Positions 11,375-24,856 are shown, counted from the whole stretch's first letter. The stretch is 63,301 nucleotides of DNA, filler included, from Reticulomyxa filosa (GCA_000512085.1; 23 parts of 23 records of this genome joined end to end with filler, not necessarily neighbours in it), one strand, 5' to 3'. Notes: generated by a model from the sequence alone, not told the origin. Made by a program: numbers and translations.

Positions 11375-12112
11375 NNNNNNNNNNNNNNNNNNNNNNNNNN
11401 NNNNNNNNNNNNNNNNNNTTAATTAATTAANNNNNNNNNNNNNNNNNNNNNNNNNNNNNNNNNNNNNNNNNNNNTTTTTTTTTTTTGGAATTGCTGTGTT
11501 TTACAAAAAGTGCAAGCAAAACTAACTTATTTAGCCAAAAGTTTGCAACGAACGCTGTCACCCCTGTTTCTCTTATACTCACTGAGCTATTCACTTCCCC
11601 GGCAACTATTTCTGCTCTTTCTATCATTGCTTAATTTTATTTTTTGAAATACTGGAAACACCGCTACTCTATTTTGTTTAATGAATTTTTGTTATGTCCC
11701 TCCGAATTTTCTTCAAAGTTTTGACTATCATGTTCACAGCGCACAAGTTTCGCAACTCGTAGCCAGAAGAATTGAAATTCAATTTTTATATGAAAAAATT
11801 GGAGTGTGTAACAAATTTATTTTATATTAACAACATTTTATGGAGCATCAAATTCTCAAATGTTAAAATTATTTGGATTTTTCCAATAAATCTAAGCAAA
11901 ACGTTTTAATGTGGACTATCCACTTTAAAAAAATTGTAAGGCATTTACAACAAATGGCGTGAGTGAAAGTTTTCAAAAATAAAAGAAAGTAACAATTTCT
12001 TATCGATATTTTTCACACAACAACAAAAGAAAAAAAAATAACAAGAAAATTTCAGCTCGAACTACGTCTTGCTTTTTGTGTTTAGAAATAAAGTTTGAAG
12101 TAGAAATGTGGT

Positions 12113-13111
12113 TTACAACAATTTCCACAAGCAGATTGTTTGATCGTAAGAAGACGACACAATCAAAGTACCATCTGGTGAAATGTCTACTCCAGTTACA
12201 CAGTCAGAGTGCCCTTCCAATTTCTGCAATTCCATTCGAATGTTCACATCCCATAACCGAATTGTCAAATCGTCAGAACACGACACAATAGTTTGTCCAT
12301 CTGAAAAGAATTGGAAATCTCTTACCACACTGGAATGTCCTTTCAATATTTCCATTCCTGCTTTTTCACTCCACGAATGAACATTGGAGCCTTTGCTGTG
12401 ATCCATAGTTGGACTATCTAGAAGAAGATGTTCTCCATTTTCTGAGGGCTCTTCTGCCTCGTTTATCTCTCTTCTTAGTTTGTTGTCCCATATTCGAATT
12501 GTTTTATCAGTTGAACAAGACACAATGAAAACATCATTGGGCGAGACTTTTGCCCTATGTACATGCCTCAAATGCCCCCGCAATTCGCCCACTTTTTCGC
12601 CGGAATTCGCATCCCATATTCCAATTGTATTGTCAAAAGAAGATGATACAATAGTCTGACAATCTGGTGAAAATTGTGCATCATTTATCACATTCGAATG
12701 ACCATGCAATATTTTTACATTACGTCCAGATTTCACATCCCACAATCGAATGGTTTGATCCCATGAACTAGACACAATTGTATTTCCATCTGATGAAAAT
12801 TGAGCACTTGTTACACAATTTGAATGTCCTTCCAATTTTTTCAATTGTTTTCCTGATCTCACGTCCCACAATCGAATTGTATTGTCTCGTGAAGCCGATA
12901 CAACCATATTACCATCTGGAGAGAATTTTGCATCATTCACCCAATTTAAATGTCCCTTCAGTTTATGAATCTCCTTTCCCAGTTCAATATCCCAGATCCT
13001 GATACTCCCATCGATGGAAGACGAAACAATTTTGCTACCATCTGGTGAAAATTTTACATTTTCCACGCCGGAATATTCATAAAATATTTTCAAAAGTTTG
13101 AAATATTTCAT
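12113..13111 (-). CDS. WD40-repeat protein
   Basis: About seven highly similar repeats GH...V...FSPDG..IVS.S.D.TIR.WD. The 5' end probably lies in a missing exon. Confidence 0.95.
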   Translation of the reverse strand: MKYFKLLKIFYEYSGVENVKFSPDGSKIVSSSIDGSIRIWDIELGKEIHKLKGHLNWVNDAKFSPDGNMVVSASRDNTIRLWDVRSGKQLKKLEGHSNCVTSAQFSSDGNTIVSSSWDQTIRLWDVKSGRNVKILHGHSNVINDAQFSPDCQTIVSSSFDNTIGIWDANSGEKVGELRGHLRHVHRAKVSPNDVFIVSCSTDKTIRIWDNKLRREINEAEEPSENGEHLLLDSPTMDHSKGSNVHSWSEKAGMEILKGHSSVVRDFQFFSDGQTIVSCSDDLTIRLWDVNIRMELQKLEGHSDCVTGVDISPDGTLIVSSSYDQTICLWKLL

Positions 13112-13342
13112 CTGTGGACAAATTATTGTTATTATTATTTTATATTTTTTATTTTTTATTTTTTTTATTTTTTTATTTTTTTATTTTTTTTTGAATGTAA
13201 TTTTGATTTAAAAATAAAAAAAAATAAAATAGTAATAATAATNNNNNNNNNNNNNNNNNNNNNNNNNNNNNNNNNNNNNNNNNNNNTTAATTAATTAANN
13301 NNNNNNNNNNNNNNNNNNNNNNNNNNNNNNNNNNNNNNNNNN

Positions 13343-13376
<34 letters not shown>

Positions 13377-13849
13377 TATATATAATTCTTATTTGAAACA
13401 AACTATCGTTATAGTCTTATGTAACTGTACATAAAAACAATTTAACTCTTAAACTTGCAAAGACTAAAAAAGTTGAAGGAATTAAAACAAAGTTTGAATA
13501 TTGCATACTGAATCTGGACTACACAACTGATCTTTTTTTTTTTTTTTGCACTGCAAAGCTTTTATATTTTAGTGCACTATATGATGAATAGTTTAGAAAA
13601 AGCAGTATTATAAAAAAAAGCTTTAATCGAGAAAATTTCATTTTTTTTTTTTTAAAAGTCTTTTTTAAATGTACTTTTATTATCAGTCTTAAACTTAATG
13701 TTTAGCATCGATTGTTTTGAATAAGTGATTGGGCATGTTTTTCCGTTCGAACTCACTCCAAAAAAAAAAAAAATGCAAGTGATAGAAATTATACGTGTAG
13801 CTGATTGGGAAAAAAAAAAAATTTGTAACAGTTGAATTTGATATAGGTT

Positions 13850-14446
13850 TTAATGAGGAGATCTGGTCAAAATGAAAGTGCAATTAGAGCCAGCAAAAAT
13901 ATCAACAACATTGTTAAAATGGACGATGCTTCTGATATTTTTTTGGACAACGAGAATAGACTCTTTTCGGTTTTGGATTTTTGGAGGCAGTTGTTGTTCG
14001 GGAGGTTTGGTATTGGGGATACATTCGCCAAAGCACAATTGTTGATAAGAGTTGTTGCCAAAGCCATAGAGCGTGTTTTGGTTGACCAGAAGAGTAGTAT
14101 GAAAGTCTCCGCAGCTAATCTTCAAGTTGTGAAAATTGAGTGGAGGATGTGGAAACACAAAAGTAATCTGAGGCGTGAATATATCTTGTTTTGTGTGGGG
14201 ACAGCAATAGTATTCACCAAACGCCCAAATTTGGAATTTGTTATCCAACACTAAATTGAATTTACAGCCCGATGTGATCTGAATGATATTGATATTATTT
14301 TCCTTGAAGAACGGGATTTCTTCAATGCCATCCGATTTGTAGCGATTTATCAATTTGCTCAGTCGACGAGCCTGTTTCTTTGGTGTCGCCATGTACTTTT
14401 CTCGAGTTTTTTCATAGTCAAAAGGTATAAGTTTTTTGCCTACCAA
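13850..14446 (-). CDS. RCC1/BLIP-II repeat protein, C-terminal exon
   Basis: IIQITSGCKFNLVLDNKFQIWAFG; KISCGDFHTTLL...LYGFGNNSYQQLCFG; VVDIFAGSNCTFIL. Confidence 0.8.
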   Translation of the reverse strand: MVGKKLIPFDYEKTREKYMATPKKQARRLSKLINRYKSDGIEEIPFFKENNINIIQITSGCKFNLVLDNKFQIWAFGEYYCCPHTKQDIFTPQITFVFPHPPLNFHNLKISCGDFHTTLLVNQNTLYGFGNNSYQQLCFGECIPNTKPPEQQLPPKIQNRKESILVVQKNIRSIVHFNNVVDIFAGSNCTFILTRSPH

Positions 14447-14578
14447 GAGATTGAGATTATTCCCAAAAAAAAAAAAAANNNNNNNNNNNNNNNNNNNNNN
14501 NNNNNNNNNNNNNNNNNNNNNNTTAATTAATTAANNNNNNNNNNNNNNNNNNNNNNNNNNNNNNNNNNNNNNNNNNNN

Positions 14579-14620
14579 TTGTGCTTGTGCTTGTGCTTGT
14601 GCTTGTGCTTGTGCTTGTGC
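14579..14620. repeat. (GCTTGT)n hexamer repeat encoding poly-AQ
   Basis: Visible tandem repeat at the contig edge. Confidence 0.9.
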
Positions 14621-15584
14621 CTTTGTTTTTATCTTGGTCTTTGTTTTTGCCTTCATCTTGATATTAGCATTGGCATTTGTCTGTTTGAATTCATTCGTGT
14701 ATACCCCTTTTTTTTTTGGCTTTTTGTTGACCCCATTTCCAATGAATCGATTGGACCATTGATAACCATTGCTATTGCTATTGTTATTGCTATTGTTATT
14801 GCTATTGCCATTGCCATTGACATTGATATTGGGATTATCATTTTGAGCTGTGAGTGGCAAGGAGTCCCACCAATGATGACGAGGGGGATGATAGTCTTCG
14901 TCTTCGTCCTCATCATTGCCATCGTCATATTCATGTCCATCTCCATGTTCATGATCATGATCATGTTCAAATTCATTGTGATCTGCATCCTCATCGTCAT
15001 TTTCGTTGACATATACGTATTTTCTTGGCAAAGGACGAAAATCGTCTTCGTAGTGTTCATTTTCAAAGCGACCCCATTGGCGATGTTGGCCATGTCTGTC
15101 CTCGACGTGGTCCATCGGATCCATTTCAAGCGGAGAAGAGTGGTAATGAGAATGGGGATGTCCCAAGTCTCGTCTCTTGTTCGTCGAATATTTTAAAACG
15201 GGGATTATTGAAAATGTGTGAGAAGGATGAGAAGAATGAGAAGGATGAGAAGGAGGAAGAGGAAGAGGACGATGTCGACGCGGATTCTGATGAAGAGGAT
15301 GATGATGAAGAGGGTGAAGAGGATGCGGATGTCGCGAAGACGGAGGGGGAGGAAGAGGAGGAAGAGGACGAGAACGAGGAACGCGCGAACGAGGACGAGG
15401 ACGAGGAAGAGGAAGAGAAGGAGAAACATGAGCCGGAATAGGATGCAAATACGATTGTTGCGATTGAAGAGGAGCAAACATCATTGGCGCCATTAGTGAC
15501 AATGACGATGGCATTATAGGAGGAACAATGTATTGACAATCCGCAGTCTCCATCCCATATGAGTGCATTTCATATCCATTATCA

Positions 15585-15643
<59 letters not shown>

Positions 15644-16054
15644 GTTATTGTTATTACCATTTTCAATTCGTCGACGTTTCACATTATTGAACATATATTC
15701 ATTGTTTCTCTCACGCATCCGTTTTTCGCGTCTTTTGTTGCTTATGGTTTTTAGTCTCTTCTCCATATCCTTTGTTCCTTCGCTTGCTAGTTCGTCTTCT
15801 TTCCGCCCTTCCGGATTGCTATTTTTGTTCTTTTCCATCACGTTTTCTTCCGTTTCTTTTTTGTCCTTTTTTTTTTTGGTTTCTGTTACTTCAAAAATTA
15901 TCACTTTTTTTCCCCCCCTTCCTCTTTCAACTGATGTGTCAGGCCCGAGAGATACCATATCCGCAGTCATCATATCTGGGTTTTCTTTTCCCAGCCCCCC
16001 CCCCATACACAGTTTACTTAAAAACAGACGAGGAAAATTATTAAAAGAAAACAA
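14579..16054 (-). CDS. Low-complexity protein (poly-Asn, Pro/His/Ser-rich, acidic His tract, AQ repeat); 3'-truncated
   Basis: Open frame of about 490 codons with basic NLS-like clusters (KRREKR, KRRR). True start uncertain. No recognisable domain. Confidence 0.6.
15586..15656. repeat. (TTA)n microsatellite encoding poly-Asn on the minus strand
   Basis: Visible tandem repeat. Similar tracts at ~18588, ~21000 and ~29790. Confidence 0.9.
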
Positions 16055-16460
16055 TAAGTTGTTCCTTTTTCAACCCTTGGGATCATTATTTTCTTCCAAA
16101 ATTTCTCCTTCTTCCAACAGCTCACAATTTGAATCCAAAGACTCCATCATGAATTCGGCAATGTGAACGAATTAGTTTTTTTTTTTCTCGAGGCTTTCTC
16201 TTCCCTTGTTTGATACTTTTCTTTTTTTGAAAAAAGCTGCTGATTGATGTTTTTAAAAATTTTTAGAAGTCACATAGGTTATACATTTACAACAGCAAGT
16301 AATTTGTGTGTCCTTCAATGGAGTAGTCACAGAAAAGGCATTGTTCTGTTGGCGCTCTTGCTAAACGACAACAAGTAATAAGTGAACTTGTTTTCTGTTT
16401 AATTTCCCCGCCAAAGTCACGCTTCTCCAAGAATACAAGAAAAAGTGTCCACAAACAAGT

Positions 16461-17772
16461 TTAAAAGTTGTTGAAATGATGGTTCATGAACAATTTGTCT
16501 GTTAAGTATTTATATCTCATGGTGTATTGTAACTCAGGTTCCCATCGATCTCCATTTGCCAAAAGTTTTTCTTTGTTATATAACAATTCCTCATGTGTTT
16601 CCGTTGCATATTCAAAGTTTGGGGTCTCGACTATGGCTCCAACAGGGCATGCCTGTATAAGTATATTTCAACCGCAAAAAAAAATGTGGAAAAATTATTT
16701 TGAGACAAACAATGTTCAAAGGGTTTAAAAAAAAAAAAAAAAAAGGGGTCCAAAAAAAAAAAGACAAAACTGATTCACAAAATCCACAGAAAATGCATTT
16801 GGTCATGTCGATATCGTATCTAGTGGTACGTCGACTGCCGTCAGCTCGTTCTTCGGCTTCAATGGTAATAGCACGCGCTGGACATACCATTTCACACAGA
16901 CGACATGCAATGCATCGTTCTTCTCCAGTGGGATATCTGCGTAAGGCATGCTCACCATGAAAGCGAGGAGAATAGGGACCCTTTTCGAAAGGATAGTTGA
17001 TCGTGACTTTCGGTTGAAACACTGTATGTCCCGTCAACATAAATGCGGTCCAATGCGAACGACCCAACCGCATCGAGCCCACACGAGCCATTTCTTTTGA
17101 GTTGTGTGTTATCGTGTGATGCATTCAATGATTGTATATACATCCCAAATATAAACAAACTATTTTTTTATTTTTTTTTTCAAAGTGTCAAAAAAAAAAA
17201 CAATTTGTTTTCAAACATAGTACTTAACTCTCCATAATGGTTTCCATATGATAAAATTCATCCGATTGTAACTCAATGTTATCTTCCCATTCCAACTCTG
17301 AGTATATATATACATATATGTATATGTATTATGTATATGCCCACACAACCAAACCGGTTTTATCATTTTAAATCTTAATTTGGAACTAGTCCCCTTTTTT
17401 TTTCCTCCCTTTTTTTTTTTTTTTTTGTTAACCTTCGTTTGGAATGTGAACTGGTTGAGGCTCTTCTGTTAAAGGTCGACCGGTATTTTCTGGCAAATGG
17501 AATTCTATCGGATTAACACCTGGTGTTTGGTACACTCCAGAGACAATTTCGTTCTTTGCGTCAACTGACACTACATCGGTTACCCGGGCTTGGGGTTGGA
17601 TTATCAGTTCACTTTCACTTTCACGCTCTTTCACTGCTGTCTTGGGCTTTGCAGTCCACGGGCCCTCTGACAACCCTGCATGACTTCGGCATTGGGTCAA
17701 ATACAGTGCTGATTTTAAGCTTTGTCGAAAAGTGGTCGATCTCTTTGTTAATAAAATCAAAGCTCTGCTCAT
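16461..17772 (-). CDS. NDUFS8: NADH:ubiquinone oxidoreductase subunit NDUFS8/TYKY (2x[4Fe-4S]), nuclear-encoded, about 4 exons
   Basis: [42 protein letters not shown]...[20 protein letters not shown]|[38 protein letters not shown]. Arg/Ser-rich mitochondrial-type presequence at 17772. Intron 16770-16653 restores the second ferredoxin motif. Confidence 0.96.
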
Positions 17773-18169
17773 GTTCAGCGTATTACGGCCTGCAAAAATG
17801 AGGTCCCTTTTTTTTTTTGCTTAAAAACTTTCTTGAGCACAGTGCAACTAAAAAAATAGGAGATCAAGTTAAAACCGTTTCAAAGTATTACAAAAATGGG
17901 AAAACTAAGAAAAAGACATTTCTAGGCATCGAAAAAATTTTTTTTAGGTGAGTGTTACAAGTCCGCAGTATAAGATTACCCAAGATTGTTTATATTTGTT
18001 AGGCTAGCTTCTATGATAAATTTTGTCCTTCAGTTACTCACCTAAAAATTTGGGGAAGGAGAAAAAAAAAAAAAAAAACGACAACCAAACAAGAAAAAAA
18101 AAACAAAAAAAAAACTAAAACAATTGATTAATTAACCTTGTATCCCATAACGACAAAAGGGTAAGAAAT

Positions 18170-18860
18170 CTAATGCGTCACAGGTTGAGACATATCAAGA
18201 CTTTCAGGACCAGATGTCAACAATTCTCCTTGAAGAGGGTTGTTGTGAGAAGTGCTTGAGATGTGGAAGGGTTTGGAATGGCGACGATAGCGACGGTGGC
18301 ATGAAGAGAGACAACGGCAGTGACATTCCTTTTGAAAGCATGCTCGGTTGCGTCCCAACATAGTAAAGGTAGTGAACACAGCAAACGTGTAATCAACAAA
18401 AGGGATGTACCAGCGGTCTTCATTTTTTTTTTTGGGCCAAAACCAAAGTGCAAAAAAAGAGACCAAAGATGCCAGAACGGATAAGATCAAGTTATAATAT
18501 AACACTTGTCGAAAATTTTTTCTTAAAAAGACGACCGTTTCACAAGCGACTTCCCTTTGAGGATATTCTGACGGATAGATAGTATTACTATTATTATTAT
18601 TATTATTATTATTGTTATTATTACTGTTATAATTGTCATGGGATACCGTCATTGTAGAATAAGAAGTGGTTGCAACGATGGTCGAAACAGCAGGGGTAGT
18701 AGTGGTAATGGATAAAACTGTTGTGGCCCGGCTCGATGAATGCTTTAAGAATTTGTACAATGGATACGCAAATACGGACGAAAAAAATATGAAAAAAATC
18801 AACTCCACCACACCACCTGCTTGGATCCAATACGAATTTTTCGTTACTCTGATTTTGCAA
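18170..18860 (-). CDS. Membrane protein, C-terminal fragment (last three TM segments; possibly 7TM-like)
   Basis: Three hydrophobic segments, a long Thr/Asn loop and a Cys-rich juxtamembrane tail (CFQKECHCRCLSSC). Family not established. Confidence 0.5.
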
Positions 18861-19095
18861 TATTTTTGCGTTATCCAAATTCCTTTTTTTTCAACTTTTT
18901 TTTTTTTTTTTTNNNNNNNNNNNNNNNNNNNNNNNNNNNNNNNNNNNNNNNNNNNNTTAATTAATTAANNNNNNNNNNNNNNNNNNNNNNNNNNNNNNNN
19001 NNNNNNNNNNNNTTTTTTTTTTTTTTTTTTTAATTTTTTTTTTTTTTTTTTTTTAATTTATTAAAAAAATTAAAAAAAAAAAAGATTCGAACACA

Positions 19096-22000
19096 GTGAC
19101 AATGGACAGCGCCGAGTATTTTTTGGCGGAATTGTTGAGCGCGTTGATATGGCATGTACATTTGCTGAGCCATGAAAACCTGATTGACAGCTTACCAGAG
19201 GAATTGAACTCGACGAACTTTGATAAGGACGCGTTGGGCAAGTCGAGTGCGAATAAAGACTCGAATGCAGGCAAACACATGGAGTATCGCAAAAGGAATG
19301 AAAACGATAACATGGAAACGGAAAGCAAACGAAAAGAGAGCAAAAACTATGGCGCCAAATTGGTCGGAATGACCAAGTCACTCGTCGGAGCGCCGTTTCG
19401 AAGCACTCCAAAAGTGTCGGTTTCGTCACCGCTCGAACCCCAGCCCATCTTCGAACGGGTGGCCCATGTGTACTTTGTCGATGATTTGAGCTTTCGCTCC
19501 TCCAAACTTTCCCAATTGGTTACCGCTCTGAAGGGATTACGCTTTCGATTCGAATCCTTTGAATTTGACCCCTTTGCTAGTATTTTTGATCTTTCTTTCA
19601 TACACACTTTTTCAAAAAAAAAAAAGAATGTTCTCTTTTTATTGTTACAAAGTCGTAATGTAAGTATGTTTGTTGACACAATAGCGAATAATAATTGGGG
19701 AAGCACTATTCCAAGTTACTTTAATTTATTTATTTTGTTGATTTGTTTTTGTCTTACACGAAAATAAACAAAACAAAATGAATCACACACACACACACAT
19801 ACAGGGAGTCGAGAAGGTGTGCAGCGAATATGCGAAGAGATCTTTGAAACGCTTTCGCAAGTGCTGAGTGAATGCGTCTTTCATTCCTCCACGCACACGT
19901 ATACAGATGCACAACGTCGAAAATTGTTTGAAAAATTTACACAGATTTCTAATTCATACACTGCCTTGAATGAGGCGAAGCTTGTCTCCAATGTGTTACG
20001 TTTTATTTTGTTTGTTTTTTTATCTCTTATACACACACATATAACATATAACATATAACATATACATATACAATATATACTCATACATATATATGTATAA
20101 ATGTATATTAGAGCACAATTGGCATTGTTATTAGACGCTTACACTCGTAGTGTAAGAAGACAAGGAAATGAAGACAATGAAATGAATCCCTTGTGGATTG
20201 TCGATGATCTTTTTCATATGAAAAAGAAATTATCTGCATTGAATTTAAATCATTTGCAGTTTCGACAGTCCTCGTGTCTGTTGTATAAAAAAAAAAAGGG
20301 GGGGGGGGGAAAAATATACGTATGAAATTGTATACGTGTGTGATCTGGGGGGGGGGGGGATTGTTAAAAAAGAAAACTCTGCCTGTTTTTCCCGGACATT
20401 TTGACGAACATGAAACACATATCATGGCTGATTCGACAGTCGGCAAAAGAAAAGAAGCCTCTGGACGATCTGAACACGACAATTTGTCAGATGCCTTTGT
20501 CTCACGCAAAGCGAATAATCGAAACGTGGCTCAAATTTATGCACGATTCCGTGAAGCCAAACGTCGTGGCGGAGCTGATCCTCTTGTACTTGGAAACATG
20601 TACGACCACGGATTTGATAAGCGGAAAGAAGCCGTACAGTTACAGCGACTATGCGAAATTCCTGGAAGAGTATATGAAGCAATCGATGGAAACCACAGTT
20701 TTGTATTTACCTTCCTCTTTCGAAACAGAGCGAATAAAAACAAATGAACCCTTGCTTGTGTTAGTACATGAAGCTGAAGGAGCTGTTCAACATAGCGGCA
20801 ATACTGGAAGGCCTAGGGTCAAGCGAGTATGGCAATGGGATGGAGTCATTTTCCAACACTCCCAAGATCGGCAGCACGGCGTCGCAGCAAAAGCCGAGAT
20901 TGTCTTCGAAACAGGCCTCTCCGGCGCTGCGGCCACAAGACTCGTCCAGCTCGCGTTTGAGTCGAGACCCTTCGGAAATGGCTTTGGACAAGCGCGACAA
21001 CAACAACAACAATAACAATAACAATAACAATAACAATAGCAACAATGTTGCCGACGAAATCAAAGAAAAAGAAAGGGGACTTGTCGAATTCTTTCGAGAA
21101 GAGAAAAACCGAAAGCAATGGTGGGAATATATCGAAGAAATTGAAATGTTGTTCCGAGATGATGCCGAAATCAGCAAAGCTTTGTGGCAAGTCGGAATTT
21201 TCAATATCATTCCTGAAGTTATTATTATTATTATTATTTATATACATACATATAAAGCAACGTATACGTTTTTGTTGTTATTATTATTTGTTTGTTTAAA
21301 AATAGATTGGGATGGAAACATTGGCAGTCCACTTTGTAACAGACGTGTCGCGAATATTGACATTGAATAGCGAGAGTTTGGACACGGCATATCGCGTGCT
21401 GTTGGCAGGGTCGTACCGTTTGCAAGTGCTGTTGCAAGGACTGTGCCAGAATTACCAAAGCTTGGAGCACGAGAAAGCGAAAGAGAACAAGAAGCAGTTG
21501 GTGCGTGGGTTTAACGACGACGAGTTGGAACTGGAGGCGATGCCATTGGTAACAGTGTCTCGACGTGGAAGTCTGAATGAAATGTTTGGCGAGAGCGCGA
21601 TATCCGAAGAGTTGCGAACGATCGGAGGATCGGTGGCACACCAAAAAGTGGATCAATTATTTACGTTTGTGCAAGTGGAGGTAAAAACACGTCTGTTGAA
21701 CTGGATGGAGAAGTCGTTGGGGCGAACCGGGGCGGCCATCGAACGAGCGGCCGAAACAGAAAAATGGAAATCGGATGTGTGTAAGTCGTTGGAAGGCAAA
21801 GACGACGACGACGACGACGATAGAATCGAGCCGACGATCAGTCCGGCGGGTAACCGAAGACAACGAAGTGAAGACGATCTGGACGACACCAAAGTCACCT
21901 GGGCGCACTTTGTCACCGACTCGTTCTTGTTCATTGACAACGAAATCTCTGCGTATTTCGCAAACATCAAAGGCTTTCCCTCCGAAGCCATGGCTACCGC

Positions 22001-24480
22001 CACGCAATTTTACCAACACTTGTTTTTTATCATTGAATATATTTTGAAGATTATCAATAACTCTTTTGCAGACATTTCAGTTCTTTTATTTATTTGTGAT
22101 TGTATTGTTTTATTTATTTCATCTCTCTCTCTCTCTCTGTCGCTCTCTTATTTCCCAAAACGTATACGTTGTTTGGTGTTTGTGACAATGTACAGACGAT
22201 CGAACAGGAACCCCGCGAAAACAATCGAAGTGCTCCGCGCTCGAGCACGACATCGACGCCTAACACGAACTCGAGTTCGAATGGCACGCCGAGCTCGAGT
22301 CACTCGAGTGACTCGTCCGCGAAAACCAATTCGAACGAGTCGACGCAAAGCAAGTCCTCGGAGCCAAAAAGCTTTTCGTCGCGAATATTTCGCAACTTTG
22401 GCAAGGGCATTGCGGAAATTGCAGACGCTAATCGACGCGCCTTTGGACTCGTGTATTCGACGCTGGAGATTGTCAATCATGGCGTGAAAGTGGTCAAAGA
22501 CGTGGCCACGACCCAACAGGAAGCCGAGGCCGATCATATCAATGAAATGCACTTGTTGACCGACGCGCAGTTCCAAAAAGAATTGATACACGTTTCCGTT
22601 AAATACTCGAGCATTTCTAGGGTCCAAGAGGTCGTCAGTGATTTGGGGCCAAAGTTGATTCGATACATTGATCAATTGGAGGAACCAAAAGAAGAGGTTT
22701 TTTTTTTAATTTATCCATTTAATTAATCTATTTATTTATTCATTTATTTATTCATTTATTTATTCATTTATTCACTTATTTATTTATTTGGTCTTTTTGT
22801 AATTTATAACGCACAACTGCATTGTATTCTTGCTTTGCTCTTGCGTCGTAGCATTTGAAAGAAAAGTACAGAAAATATCGCGAAGATTTGGTGAACTCGG
22901 CACATAAATTTGTGAAAGAGTGCAAAGAGGCGATAAGTGCGGCGTTGCGACGTGGCGCGGAGCACATTGCGCGACAATGCTTGGACGTGCAGAATCAACA
23001 CTACTTTTCATTTGAGCTGTATTCGCAAGGAAGGATCCAATCGACGACGGTACAGAAGCTTGGACTAATCGACAAAGTGTGCGAGTATTTGGAGGTATTT
23101 GAAAAGTACTTGCGTGCCAAAGATTTGAGAAACGTGTCGACGTGTTTGGCGGGCTTGTTTGGCAAACGAATGTGTCATGTGTTGATTGGACCTACTCCAC
23201 GCGTCTTTTCCTTGGGCGACAGCAAGGCCATTGAAGATGATTTCAATGCCGTCATTGGGCTGTTTGGCGAGTTCAATCCGTTGGACTTTGATGAAAAACG
23301 ATGTCCGTTGACCAATAGCGAACATCCCTTATCTACTTATTATAATGTCGTGGAATGGATGAAATTGGAGACAACCGATCTGGTGAAACAACATGTGTTG
23401 ATCATGGCCGAAAGGGTGGAAAAAGAAGAAAAGAAAGACAAAGATAGAGAAAAGAGAGAAGCGGAAGCCATTGATAAAAAATTAAAAGATGAAAAATTTT
23501 TGAAAAACCAAAATCAACAGCAGTTACAATCCAAAGCGCATGAGTATCATAAAACTTTGCGAGAGAGAAATCGTATCAAAAAAAGTCATGATCACCCAAC
23601 CTTGCATGTCTTAGCTCATCGACGTGACGAGCAAGCACATCTTTATGTTGAAAACTTTGTCCAATACTCGGATAAAAAGAGACCATTAGTTTCGTTTCTT
23701 GCCTCTTCTTTCTCTGTTCGATTTCATTTTTTAAATAGATATTTCTGTTTATTTGTTGCCACTCTTTATTGGTGTGTGCATAGCTATTCGAATTTTGTAA
23801 CATGAGCGGAATCTTGCGCGTCATTGTTCATTCCGCAAAAGATATCCCACCTGCGAGCTCACGCACCATCTCCAATCCTTGTTGAGTCTTTATCTATTGA
23901 TCAATTTGTTTATCGAAAAAAGTTCAAATAACACGTGTAAAATTGTGCTCTTGCTACTTGTCCGTTTTCAGATGTGAGGGTAACCATTCATGGAATTGTT
24001 AAAAACACTCGCGTGATTCGAAAAACTTTAACTCCAACTTGGCAACAAGCTTTAGATTTTGAATTAAATGATAATATCTTACGAGCCATTAAAAGAACTA
24101 GTTTTGTCTAATTTTCACAACATAATAAAAGCATACACACAAAAACAACTATGTAATCCTTTTTTATCGAAAAAATAGGACACTTGGTGATAAGCTTTGA
24201 GGTTATGGACTGGGATCCCATATTTAATCACGATTTAATTGGACAGCATAAAGTAAAAGTTGAAATCAATCAAGACAATATTCAACATAAATGGATCCCT
24301 TTGCTGGATCAACAATATAACGCATTTGCAAATAAAAAAGGAGATCTGCAAGTTACCATTGAACTTGAAAACATTTGGGTTGGAGTCAAAGAAATTGTTT
24401 TGGACGATGCACCGACTACCAATGCAATCACCACAACTCAAACTGTGCAAAGAAAGAAGAGTGGATTTTTTGGCTTGTAA
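19096..24480 (+). CDS. Large multi-exon Munc13/BAIAP3-like protein (helical MUN/MHD region + C-terminal C2 domain)
   Basis: Collinear plus-strand exons. AIERAAETEKWK...HFVTDSFLFI resembles MHD1. C2 domain: GILRVIVHSAKDI..SNP|YVRVTIHG..NTRVIRKTLTPTWQQALDF...FEVMDWDPIFNHDLIG...KWIPL...GDLQVTIEL. Stop at 24480; 5' end uncertain. Confidence 0.7.
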
Positions 24481-24856
24481 ATTGATACTAATCTATTTGT
24501 GTTCGTTTATCAAATTTGGCATTCCTTTTTTTTCCTCAAATAAAAATTCAGTGCTGTCAATAGTGTTTTTCTGTGTTGTCTTTTGTGAACGCGTTTGAAA
24601 ACATTAATGGTTCCTTTGAAACACTAGCATGAATCTCCTGCGTAAACACAAAAATTGATAGCTATTTGTATTTTGTTGTTGCTTTTTTACTAAGTGACTG
24701 TACAATACTTTCAAGATGTAATGATTTTTCTGTACCTTTACAAGTGGTGTACATTCTTAGAAAAATAATGCTAGTTTTTACAAATCAAAAATGCTAACAC
24801 TTGTATAAAAAAAAATTCGTGCTAAAAAAGTTTGGAGCACTTTGATTGTCGTTTTG

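Noticed and set aside
14579-16166. Many overlapping ORFs (poly-R, poly-S, poly-L, poly-I, acidic)
   Set aside because: Shadow frames of one low-complexity coding strand.
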